Part shown: one piece after another, positions 6,784 to 14,461 of the stretch
Layout: each line of letters starts with the position of its first letter
Numbering within the stretch: position 1 is the stretch's first letter
Source: Clostridia bacterium
Lineage (GTDB): Bacteria > Bacillota > Peptococcia > DRI-13 > DTU073
NCBI GenBank assembly: GCA_012842035.1
Contig: DUTO01000095.1
Span: forward strand, 1-35,917
DNA length: 35,917 bases
Direction: 5' to 3'
Translations under genes and position numbers: made by a program
Notes under the pieces: model-generated
What the model saw: the letters and a program-made list of their open reading frames with translations, nothing else
Told to the model about the DNA's origin: nothing
The model's database searches: none

Positions 6784-7833
6784 TTAATTAACCACTATTT
6801 TTTGTGAAGCACCGGGGCTTTTTTTCATATGTATTTTATCCCCGATATAAGCAGCAAGGTCAATGACCCGACAAGAATAGCCATATTCATTATCATACCA
6901 AGCCAATATTTTGGCCAGGTGAGAGCCCATCACCATAGTGGAAAGAGAGTCAATAATTGCTGAATGGCCGTTACCTAAGAAGTCAATTGAAACCAGTGGT
7001 TCACTACAGTAATCCAAGATGTTTTTTAAAGGTCCTCGGGCCGCGTTTTCTAAAGCTCTGTTAATTTCTTCTTTAGTTACTTCCTTTTCTAATTCTACAA
7101 CTAAATCAACTAAGGAAACATTAGGCACCGGAACGCGAACGGAAAGACCATTAAGTTTACCGGCCAGTTCCGGAATAACAATACCTACAGATTTAGCTGC
7201 TCCTGTAGTTGTGGGAATAATAGATTGCGTACAACCTCTGGCTCTGCGTAAATCCTTGTGTCGGTTATCGAGATTACGTTGGTCAGTCGTGAAAGCATGT
7301 ACTGTAGTCATAACCCCGGAGTTGATGCCGAAGTTATCGTTGATTGTTTTAGCAATAGGTGCTAGACAATTAGTAGTACAGGAAGCATTGGAAATAACAT
7401 GGTGTGTTTCCGGGTCGTAATTTTCTTCATTGACACCTAGAACGATGGTAATATCTTCGTTTTTAGCAGGTGCCGTAATAATAACTTTTTTAGCTCCATT
7501 CTTCCGATGTACTTGACAGGCTTCGCCTGATCTGAATTTTCCCGTAGATTCAATGACAATATCTACACCTAAATCGCCCCAAGGCAAGTTAGCCGGATTG
7601 CGATCCGATAAAATCCGAATAGGATGTCCGTCGATAATTATTTCGTTGTCTGTTGTTTCAATTTGATTGTTTAATTTGCCATGGACAGAATCGTATTTTA
7701 AGAGATGAGCTAAAGACTGGGGACTAGAAGTCCCATTAATGGCGACGACTTCAACTGCAGGGTTTTCTAAAGAAGCACGCATACATAATCTTCCAATGCG
7801 ACCAAACCCATTAATACCCAACTTTGTTACCAT
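6784..7833 (-). CDS. gapB: Type I glyceraldehyde-3-phosphate dehydrogenase, GapB-like (probably NADP-capable, gluconeogenic)
   Basis: NGFGRIGR, the active site SNASCTTNCLAP, and WYDNEYGYS. VVAINGTSS replaces the NAD-specific VVAVND motif, as in B. subtilis GapB (VVAINASYS). The gene is monocistronic and not linked to pgk/tpi. Confidence 0.88.
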   Translation of the reverse strand: MVTKLGINGFGRIGRLCMRASLENPAVEVVAINGTSSPQSLAHLLKYDSVHGKLNNQIETTDNEIIIDGHPIRILSDRNPANLPWGDLGVDIVIESTGKFRSGEACQVHRKNGAKKVIITAPAKNEDITIVLGVNEENYDPETHHVISNASCTTNCLAPIAKTINDNFGINSGVMTTVHAFTTDQRNLDNRHKDLRRARGCTQSIIPTTTGAAKSVGIVIPELAGKLNGLSVRVPVPNVSLVDLVVELEKEVTKEEINRALENAARGPLKNILDYCSEPLVSIDFLGNGHSAIIDSLSTMVMGSHLAKILAWYDNEYGYSCRVIDLAAYIGDKIHMKKSPGASQKIVVN

Positions 7834-8018
7834 TTAGTTCCCCCCTGATTAAAATAATTAATTTTTATTCACTTGTTATTAATTATGATGCTCTTAATAC
7901 AAAAATGTCCTGAAATAATGTAGCATTAATCATGTGCTATATAAAATATGGTAGCATATTTTATTCTAAAAGTAAATTAAAAAAAGATTAAAAAGTCAAA
8001 ATTTGTGTTTTAAAGTCT

Positions 8019-8047
8019 TTGGTAGCGAGGGAGACTTATGATAAAAT
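8019..8047 (+). promoter_or_regulatory. Putative sigma-A promoter with extended -10 for the decarboxylase-holB operon
   Basis: TTGGTA (8019-8024), 17-nt spacer, TAAAAT (8042-8047), preceded by TGa. Confidence 0.45.
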
Positions 8048-8084
8048 TATAGATAATTGATTTTCGCAAGAGGAAGGAAACTAA

Positions 8085-9524
8085 ATGTCTCAAAGCCCAC
8101 TCTTAAAAAAAGTTGCCGAATATTTACAATACAATTATTTAGGGTTTCATACACCCGGACATCAGCAAGGTCGGGGTAGTGAAAAGTTTTTTAGGCAACT
8201 TTTGCAACAAAACATTCTGCAAATGGACCTTACGGAAGTGCCGGGTTTGGATAATTTAAAAAATCCGTGTGGTTGTTTGCAAGAGTCACAAAGGTTGGCA
8301 GCGCGATTATTTGGTGCGGTAGAAACTTTTTACCTGGTTAATGGGTCTACGGTTGGCTTACAGGCCGCTTTATTAGCTTTAAATTCTCCCGGGGGGAAGG
8401 TGGTTGTGCCCCGTCATGCACATCTTTCTGTCTTAAACGGTTTAGTTTTAAGTGGTGGTTCTCCCCTAATTACTCCTGTACACTTGGAGAAGACATGGGG
8501 AATTCCCGGAGGTGTTGCGCCCTCGCAACTTGCCTTGTGGTTAGAGAAAGAGAGCAAGATTGATTTGGTTCTTACAGTACAGCCTACTTATCAGGGCATA
8601 GGATTTGCTGCAGGGTCTATCCAGAAAGTAGTTCAAGCAAAAGGAGTGCCTCATGTAGTTGATGAAGCCCATGGAGGACATTTGTTTTTTCAAGAACGCC
8701 TGCCGCTTTCTTTACAAAAAGAAGGGGCTGATGTAGTTGTCCAGAGTACTCATAAAACTTTATCTGCTTTAACACAGGCTAGTATGCTGCATGTGAATAA
8801 CAAACGGCTGGTGGCTCCCTTGAGAGCAGCTTTAAATATTTTACAGACAACAAGTCCTTCTTATTTATTATTGGCTTCTTTAGATAGTGTGCAGTCACAA
8901 ATGAGGCTGGAGGGACCTTCTCTGGTGGACAGAGTTTTAGAATTAGCTATTTTATTAAGACAAAAAATTAGCCAAATACCTGGTTATCGTGTTTTTCCGG
9001 AAGAGAGGTTGCCGGAGGGGTGTTATTATGACCCGACTAAAGTGCTTGTTTCGGCAGCCCCTCTCGGTTTAACTGGTTGGGAATTGGCAGAATTATTAAA
9101 GGGAAAAAAGGGCATTGTTGTTGAAATGTGTGACTATTTTTCTGTCTTGTTTTTAGTTACATGGGGCCATACTGCTGAGGATATACAGAGAGTAGAGCGT
9201 GCTTTATGTGAAATTGGACGAGAGGAAAGAAAAAAGCCTTTATCTGCGTGTGTTTATCCCCCTTGTCTTTATGAAAATCCTGTGCACTTAGTTTTGACAC
9301 CACGTGAAGTATACTATAATAGAAAAGAGGTAAAAAAAATAGCCGAGACCGTAGGAAGAATTTGTGGTGCACCTTTGACTGTGTATCCCCCCGGGATTCC
9401 TTGCTTGTGGCCGGGGCAGTTAATTAAAAAGGAGCATCTCGAATATTTACAATGGGCCTTGCATAATAATTTAAAGTTGCAAGGAGTGAATGAAAACGAG
9501 GCAATAATAATTGTACAAGAATAA
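8085..9524 (+). CDS. yaaO: Orn/Lys/Arg decarboxylase family PLP enzyme (YaaO-like)
   Basis: 479 aa. FHTPGHQQG, VDEAHGGH and QSTHKTL (PLP lysine). It occupies the position of B. subtilis yaaO upstream of yaaR-holB. Confidence 0.85.
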   Translation: MSQSPLLKKVAEYLQYNYLGFHTPGHQQGRGSEKFFRQLLQQNILQMDLTEVPGLDNLKNPCGCLQESQRLAARLFGAVETFYLVNGSTVGLQAALLALNSPGGKVVVPRHAHLSVLNGLVLSGGSPLITPVHLEKTWGIPGGVAPSQLALWLEKESKIDLVLTVQPTYQGIGFAAGSIQKVVQAKGVPHVVDEAHGGHLFFQERLPLSLQKEGADVVVQSTHKTLSALTQASMLHVNNKRLVAPLRAALNILQTTSPSYLLLASLDSVQSQMRLEGPSLVDRVLELAILLRQKISQIPGYRVFPEERLPEGCYYDPTKVLVSAAPLGLTGWELAELLKGKKGIVVEMCDYFSVLFLVTWGHTAEDIQRVERALCEIGREERKKPLSACVYPPCLYENPVHLVLTPREVYYNRKEVKKIAETVGRICGAPLTVYPPGIPCLWPGQLIKKEHLEYLQWALHNNLKLQGVNENEAIIIVQE

Positions 9525-9557
9525 AGGTATAGTTAATAAAGAAAAGGATGAGCGAAA

Positions 9558-10019
9558 ATGCGCATACAAAACAAAAAATTAAGAAAAAGCCGCCGCTCAC
9601 GGACAGATAAAAAAAGCACTGTGGCTAAAAATAAGCAGGTTTTGCCCTCACAGCAAACATTTAAAGATGTTTTACAAGAGGAAAACTTCGTTTTTGGGCA
9701 GGAAAAGCTTGATTTATTCTTAGATGATTTAGATGAGATTGGCGAACGCTTAGTAAAAACCTTTTCGCTTCATGATTTGCTGGCATATAAAAAACTGTTG
9801 GGGGGTTTTTTAGATGAGTCGCTGCAGCAGATTTATGGTTTAAAGAAAGAAACAGGCTGGGCTCCAACAGGGCGTCCTAAGTTATACCAGCGGATTGAAT
9901 TATTAAATCAAGAAGTTGAAGAATTAACCCAGCTTGTTTTAAAAAAACAACAGGATCCTGTTCAGGTTTTAGCTAAACTAGATAGTATTCGTGGTTTGTT
10001 GGTTGATTTATATTCCTAA
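9558..10019 (+). CDS. yaaR: YaaR-like DUF327 protein
   Basis: About 150 aa. The C-terminal ...IRGLLVDLYS resembles the YaaR end (GLLINLYT). It lies immediately upstream of holB, as in Bacillus. Confidence 0.7.
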   Translation: MRIQNKKLRKSRRSRTDKKSTVAKNKQVLPSQQTFKDVLQEENFVFGQEKLDLFLDDLDEIGERLVKTFSLHDLLAYKKLLGGFLDESLQQIYGLKKETGWAPTGRPKLYQRIELLNQEVEELTQLVLKKQQDPVQVLAKLDSIRGLLVDLYS

Positions 10020-10034
10020 AAGGTGGCAAAGATA

Positions 10035-11027
10035 ATGGGTTTTACAAAAATATATGGTCAAAAACGTGCTGTTTCTCTGCTTAAGGCGGATTTTAAGAGG
10101 GGTAGAATAAGCCATGCTTATTTATTTTACGGTCCGCAAGGTGTGGGTAAGTTTAAGACAGCCACAGCTTTTGCTCAGCTTTTAAATTGTGAGAATCCTA
10201 TAAAAGCTGAATCTTGTGGTGCTTGTTTGTCTTGCCGGAAATTTTCTTCCGGTAATTATCCTGATTTTACAGTGCTTGTTCCTGATGGACTCTCTATTAA
10301 AATTGAGCAGATACGTGCTTTACAAGAAAAAGTTTATTTTAAATGTTATGAAGGCAAGTTTAAGGTTATAATTATTGATGAGGCTCATTTAATGACTTTA
10401 CAAGCGGCCAATAGTTTGCTTAAGGTTTTAGAAGAACCGCCCGGGGAGACAGTGTTTATTTTGTTAGCAGATGACCTTAATAAACTGCCGGTAACGATAC
10501 AGTCTCGTTGTCAATTACTTTCTTTCGCTTACCTTCCGGAAGCCGTTATTAGTAAAGTTTTACGGGAAATGGGGAAGGAGGTGCCTCCTGCACTTGTTTT
10601 AGCGCAAGGGTCTTTAAGTAAGGCTTTGGAGATGGTTGCAGACCTTGGCTGTCAGCAGTTCTGGGTTCGGATGCAAGAAAACTTCGGGATGTTAAAAACA
10701 GGAAGTTATTATGGCGTGTTTGTTTGGGCCGAAGAATTAGCTAAGCAGCGGGATTTAATAGAGATAACTTTAGAATGGTTGTTAGTTTTGTACCGTAACA
10801 GATTAGTACAACTTACTGTAAGTGAAGCAGATTTAGTTGCCGAAGTAAATTTAAACACAGAAAATATTTCCGCTGCTGATTTTAAAGGATGTTTGGCAGC
10901 TCTTCAAGAAATAAACAAAACAGTCTATTTTTTAAGAAATAACGGGAATCGTCGTCTGGCTTTAGAGGTGTTATTTCTGAAGCTAAGAAAGATAGAGCAA
11001 AAAGAAAAGGGGGATTGCCCTCAATGA
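10035..11027 (+). CDS. holB: DNA polymerase III delta' subunit
   Basis: HAYLFYGPQGVGK (P-loop), zinc module CENPIKAESCGACLSC, IIIDEAHLM, and SRCQ. ATG 10035 follows RBS AAGGTGG. The GTG at 10023 in the ORF track lies inside the RBS. Confidence 0.85.
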   Translation: MGFTKIYGQKRAVSLLKADFKRGRISHAYLFYGPQGVGKFKTATAFAQLLNCENPIKAESCGACLSCRKFSSGNYPDFTVLVPDGLSIKIEQIRALQEKVYFKCYEGKFKVIIIDEAHLMTLQAANSLLKVLEEPPGETVFILLADDLNKLPVTIQSRCQLLSFAYLPEAVISKVLREMGKEVPPALVLAQGSLSKALEMVADLGCQQFWVRMQENFGMLKTGSYYGVFVWAEELAKQRDLIEITLEWLLVLYRNRLVQLTVSEADLVAEVNLNTENISAADFKGCLAALQEINKTVYFLRNNGNRRLALEVLFLKLRKIEQKEKGDCPQ

Positions 11028-11755
11028 TTGAGGTAGTAGGTATTAGATTTAGACCAGCAGGAAAGATTTATTATTTTGACCCTGTTAAGTTCACTTTGCC
11101 TGTTGATACCTTCGTGATTGTGGAAACGGCTCGTGGGGTGGAATTAGGGCAAGTTGTGTTAGGTTTGCGTCAAGTGGCAGAAAAAGAAGTTGTCCTTCCT
11201 TTAAAAAAGGTTTTAAGGATAGCTACGGCCGAAGATTTGGAAGAAATGAAGACTAATCAAGCTAAAGAGGATAAGGCTAAAGAGATTTGTTTGCAAAAAA
11301 TAAAGAAACATGAGTTGCCGATGAAGCTTGTTGATGTCGAATATACTTTTGATGCCAGTAAAATTGTGTTTTATTTTACGGCAGATGGACGAGTTGATTT
11401 TAGAGAATTAGTTAAAGATTTAGCTTCTGTTTTTCGAACGAGGATTGAACTTCGGCAAATAGGGGTGCGTGATGAAGCAAAGCTATTAGGTGGGCTGGGT
11501 TCTTGTGGACGTGAATTATGTTGTGCTACTTTTTTAGGGGACTTTGAGCCTGTTTCCATCAAAATGGCGAAGGAGCAGAATCTATCGCTTAATCCTACGA
11601 AAATATCGGGAATTTGTGGTCGTTTAATGTGTTGTTTGAATTATGAAAAAACATGTTATCAATGTCAGAATACAGAAGAAAAAGGAGATGTTCTCTGTCA
11701 AGTGGTGACTGATTCACAAGGTCAAGTTGATGATAAGTTACCTAAGGAAAATTAA
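11024..11755 (+). CDS. ricT: PSP1-domain protein RicT (YaaT, stage 0 sporulation / RNase Y cofactor)
   Basis: The PSP1 core FTADGRVDFRELVKDLASVFRTRIELRQIGVRDEAK and the Cys cluster CGRELCC...CGRLMCC. Its ATG overlaps the holB stop (ATGA). Confidence 0.85.
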   Translation: MIEVVGIRFRPAGKIYYFDPVKFTLPVDTFVIVETARGVELGQVVLGLRQVAEKEVVLPLKKVLRIATAEDLEEMKTNQAKEDKAKEICLQKIKKHELPMKLVDVEYTFDASKIVFYFTADGRVDFRELVKDLASVFRTRIELRQIGVRDEAKLLGGLGSCGRELCCATFLGDFEPVSIKMAKEQNLSLNPTKISGICGRLMCCLNYEKTCYQCQNTEEKGDVLCQVVTDSQGQVDDKLPKEN

Positions 11756-11774
11756 GAAGAAGAGGTAGTTGCCA

Positions 11775-12080
11775 ATGAAGTTGACGGAAAGTTTGATTGA
11801 ACTCGAAGAAAAACATCAGGCCTTGTTAGAAGAAATAACTGCTTTAAAAATGCTGGCCTTTACTTTAGAAGAGGAAAATGAAAGGCTGAGACGTTTATTA
11901 TGCAGTTATACTGATGAGGATAAGGCTAAGGTAGAAAGAAATGTCGCCAAAATTCAAGGGCAAGGCTATGATAATTTAGTAAAACTATATGAAGAAGGTT
12001 TCCATATTTGTCATTTGCATTTTGGGCAAGCACGGCAAGGCGATTGTCTGTTTTGTGTAGGTTTTTTACGTAAACTATAA
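11775..12080 (+). CDS. yabA: Replication initiation control protein YabA
   Basis: [21 protein letters not shown]...[10 protein letters not shown] matches the B. subtilis YabA zinc-binding C-terminus ([21 protein letters not shown]...GDCLFCLSFL). ATG 11775 follows RBS GAAGAGG. Confidence 0.82.
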   Translation: MKLTESLIELEEKHQALLEEITALKMLAFTLEEENERLRRLLCSYTDEDKAKVERNVAKIQGQGYDNLVKLYEEGFHICHLHFGQARQGDCLFCVGFLRKL

Positions 12081-12099
12081 GGAAAGGTGCTTTTTTATT

Positions 12100-12849
12100 G
12101 TGCTGAGAGCTGATGAAACTTTAGATGATTTAAGCATTGATAATTTGCAGCTTATTCAGAAGAAAAAAGGATTTCGTTTTACTTTAGATTCTGTACTGGT
12201 GGCTCATTTTGCTACTATAAAAGAAAAGGATGAGATTGTTGATTTAGGAACCGGTACAGGAGTAATTCCTTTTATTTTGCATACGCGCGCTCAAAGATTG
12301 CGAATTATCGGTGTAGAAATCCAAGCCGAAATTGCGAAAATGGCCCAGCGTTCTGTAGTCTTAAATGATTTAGAAGATACAATTCAAATAGTAAAAGGAG
12401 ACTTAAGAGGGATTCATAAGCTGCTCGGTGGTGGTAAATTTAATTTAGTTACGGCGAATCCTCCTTACTGGGCGTTATGTCAAGGGCGAGTCAGCCCTAT
12501 GGCAAGTCGAGCTGTGGCCCGACATGAATTGACTTGTACTTTAGAAGATGTCGTAGCTAGTACTAGTAAATTATTAAATTATCAAGGGCGTTTTGCCCTT
12601 ATTTATCCTGTAGATAACTTTTTCCATCTTGTTGTTCTGTTGCGTGCTTATCATTTAGAGCCACGTCGTATTCGTTTTATTCATTCTTTTCGTGAACGTC
12701 CGGCTCGTTTGTTCTTATTGGAAGCGAGAAAAAATGCTCCGACCGAATTGAAGGTTGAGCCGCCGTTAATTATTTATGAAAAGCCTAAACAATATAGTGC
12801 AGAGATTTTATCATGGTACGGGAAAGAGGTTGTTGTTAGTGAACAATAA
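12100..12849 (+). CDS. yabB: SAM-dependent methyltransferase, tRNA (adenine-N6) TrmN6/YabB-like
   Basis: The SAM motif VDLGTGTGV and the N6-adenine motif TANPPYW. Syntenic with B. subtilis yabB. Confidence 0.8.
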   Translation: MLRADETLDDLSIDNLQLIQKKKGFRFTLDSVLVAHFATIKEKDEIVDLGTGTGVIPFILHTRAQRLRIIGVEIQAEIAKMAQRSVVLNDLEDTIQIVKGDLRGIHKLLGGGKFNLVTANPPYWALCQGRVSPMASRAVARHELTCTLEDVVASTSKLLNYQGRFALIYPVDNFFHLVVLLRAYHLEPRRIRFIHSFRERPARLFLLEARKNAPTELKVEPPLIIYEKPKQYSAEILSWYGKEVVVSEQ

Positions 12850-13678
12850 GGGGAAGGGAACGTTGTTTTTAGTGGGAACCCCTCTTGGTAATTTAAAAGA
12901 TATTACTTTACGTGCTTTGGAAACTTTACAGAGCGTTGATCTAATAGCAGCTGAGGATACACGCCAGACGCAAAAGCTTTTAAGTCATTATCAAATTCAG
13001 AAACCACTAACTAGTTATTATGAACATAATAAAAAGGCGAAAGGACCTTGGTTAATTGAAAAGTTATCGGCCGGGGAAAATATTGCTTTAGTATCTGATG
13101 CTGGGATGCCCGGGGTCTCGGATCCGGGAGAAGATTTAGTTAAAGCATGTATTAAGGAAGAAATACCGTTAAGCGTGATTCCGGGGCCGGCAGCTTTTTT
13201 AACGGCTTTAGTTGCTTCCGGGTTAGATTGTAGTAGCTTTGTTTTTGTCGGCTTTTTGCCACCCCGTAAACAAGAAAAGGAAAAATTACTTGCCGAGTTA
13301 AAATGGGAACCAAGAACAGTTATTTTTTATGAAAGCCCGCATCGTCTGCAGAAAACGCTAGCAGAAATTAAGGAGGCCTGGGGAGAACGCGAGTGTTGTC
13401 TGGCGCGCGAATTAACAAAAATATTCGAAGAATATCAGCGGGGGACTTTAAGTGAATTAATTCAGTATTGGCAAAACCGTTCTGTAAAAGGGGAGATTAC
13501 GCTTTTAATTGCCGGAGCATGTGATGAGGCAAAACAAGCTATTACTGCGGAAGAGATGATTGCTTGTTTTGTGTATTTAACAAAAAAGGGTCTGGGGAAA
13601 AAAGAAGCGATTAAAGAGACGGCTAGGCTTTTGGGAGTGCCGAAGCGGGAAGTATATAATTTGGTGATGATAAAGTAA
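12839..13678 (+). CDS. rsmI: 16S rRNA (cytidine1402-2'-O)-methyltransferase RsmI
   Basis: GTLFLVGTPLGNLKDITLRALE ... AEDTR ... VSDAGMPGVSDPG. GTG 12839 with RBS GGAAAGAGG is preferred over ATG 12776, which would overlap yabB by 74 nt. Confidence 0.88.
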   Translation: MNNKGKGTLFLVGTPLGNLKDITLRALETLQSVDLIAAEDTRQTQKLLSHYQIQKPLTSYYEHNKKAKGPWLIEKLSAGENIALVSDAGMPGVSDPGEDLVKACIKEEIPLSVIPGPAAFLTALVASGLDCSSFVFVGFLPPRKQEKEKLLAELKWEPRTVIFYESPHRLQKTLAEIKEAWGERECCLARELTKIFEEYQRGTLSELIQYWQNRSVKGEITLLIAGACDEAKQAITAEEMIACFVYLTKKGLGKKEAIKETARLLGVPKREVYNLVMIK

Positions 13679-13711
13679 AATCGGGACTCAGTAAAGTTGA
13701 GTCCCGATTTT
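13677..13711. terminator. Bidirectional terminator between the convergent rsmI and abrB
   Basis: Perfect 14-bp stem aaaatcgggactca / tgagtcccgatttt with a 7-nt loop. A/T runs on both sides. Confidence 0.85.
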
Positions 13712-13762
13712 AGTTAAGTAGAAGTGGTATATTATTGTGATTTATGTAGTGTAGGCTTAAAG

Positions 13763-14008
13763 CTAAGCGTTAGCTGCCATAGCTTGAGCACATTCTCTGC
13801 AAACCAGCTTGCCGCGAAAATATTGCACATTGTCTGCACTGCCACAAAACACACAGGCCGGTTCGTATTTTTTGAGAATGATTTTTTCTTGGTCTACATA
13901 AATTTCTAAGGCGTCTTTTTCTTCAATACCTAAAGTTCTCCTCAGTTCAATCGGAATAACGACACGTCCTAATTCATCTACTTTTCTTACAATACCTGTT
14001 GACCGCAT
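13763..14008 (-). CDS. abrB: Transition-state regulator AbrB (SpoVT/AbrB swapped-hairpin domain) with a C-terminal Cys4 motif
   Basis: MRSTGIVRKVDELGRVVIPIELRRTLGIEEKDALEIYVD is near-identical to the B. subtilis AbrB N-domain. ATG 14008 is preceded by RBS AAAGGAG, so the TTG at 14032 is rejected. Confidence 0.92.
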   Translation of the reverse strand: MRSTGIVRKVDELGRVVIPIELRRTLGIEEKDALEIYVDQEKIILKKYEPACVFCGSADNVQYFRGKLVCRECAQAMAANA

Positions 14009-14034
14009 CCAAACAACTCCTTTCTTCGCCAAGA

Positions 14035-14041
14035 TTCGACA
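14035..14041 (-). promoter_or_regulatory. Spo0A box (TGTCGAA) downstream of the abrB promoter
   Basis: Exact 0A-box heptamer on the abrB strand, about 10-15 nt downstream of the predicted -10 element. Confidence 0.5.
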
Positions 14042-14056
14042 ACTATGTACAACTAA

Positions 14057-14085
14057 ATGATAACAATTATACCATTAAAAGTCAA
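14057..14085 (-). promoter_or_regulatory. abrB promoter(s)
   Basis: On the minus strand: TTGACT (14085-14080), 17-nt spacer, TATCAT (14062-14057). An overlapping extended -10 TGgTATAAT lies at 14074-14066. Confidence 0.55.
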
Positions 14086-14144
14086 TACTAAATTTATTTT
14101 TTATTAATAATTTTAGAACAAAATTGCGCAAAGCAAGGAACAGC

Positions 14145-14173
14145 TTGACAAAGTCAGGGGAGCTGATTATACT
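14145..14173 (+). promoter_or_regulatory. Sigma-A promoter of the metG T-box leader
   Basis: TTGACA (14145-14150), 17-nt spacer, TATACT (14168-14173). Confidence 0.75.
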
Positions 14174-14179
14174 TTTGTT

Positions 14180-14419
14180 AAATAGTGCACGGTGCTAAGG
14201 AAATGAAAGGACGAGTAGGTCTTAGTTTTTTTACAGCGATTGGGGGAGGGTGGAAGCTCCAAAAAAGACGAGGCTGAAGATGATCCTTGATCCTTATAGA
14301 GGCTGGTGTCCTTTAACACACCGAAGTCTTTTGTGACTTGCTGAGGACCTTGTTAGGTCGAAGCAGGGTGGTACCACGAAGGTAAAGCCTTTCGTCCCTG
14401 ATTGGATGAAAGGCTTTTC
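14180..14419 (+). promoter_or_regulatory. T-box riboswitch leader (Met specifier) with terminator/antiterminator
   Basis: GA/K-turn-like aaTGAaagGAcg, AGTA box (gAGTAgg, about 14213-14219) and distal GGGTGGAAG. AUG at 14280-14282 followed by A lies on the 3' side of stem I. T-box sequence AGGGTGGTACCACG at 14365-14378. Terminator aaagcctttc/gaaaggcttt at 14385-14417 plus a short T run. Confidence 0.85.
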
Positions 14420-14461
14420 TGATTATGTTTTAATTTATTTGCAAGGAGGAATCGTTTTAAA

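Noticed and set aside
7019-7420. A 133-aa + strand ORF antisense to gapB
   Set aside because: It lies wholly inside the GAPDH CDS, which carries unambiguous catalytic motifs on the minus strand. It has no RBS or promoter.
12776-12838. A long N-terminal extension of rsmI from ATG 12776, overlapping yabB by 74 nt
   Set aside because: RsmI homologues begin only a few residues before the GTLYLVGTP motif. GTG 12839 has a proper RBS and gives an 11-nt overlap (12839-12849) with yabB instead of 74 nt.
13724-13909. A 61-aa + strand ORF opposite abrB
   Set aside because: It is antisense to the highly conserved abrB CDS and begins inside the bidirectional terminator region.
14203-14205. An ATG in the 5' part of the metG leader, considered as the T-box specifier codon
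   Set aside because: It lies in the GA/K-turn region on the 5' side of stem I. Specifier codons sit on the 3' side, after the distal loop. The AUG at 14280-14282 followed by A fits that position.
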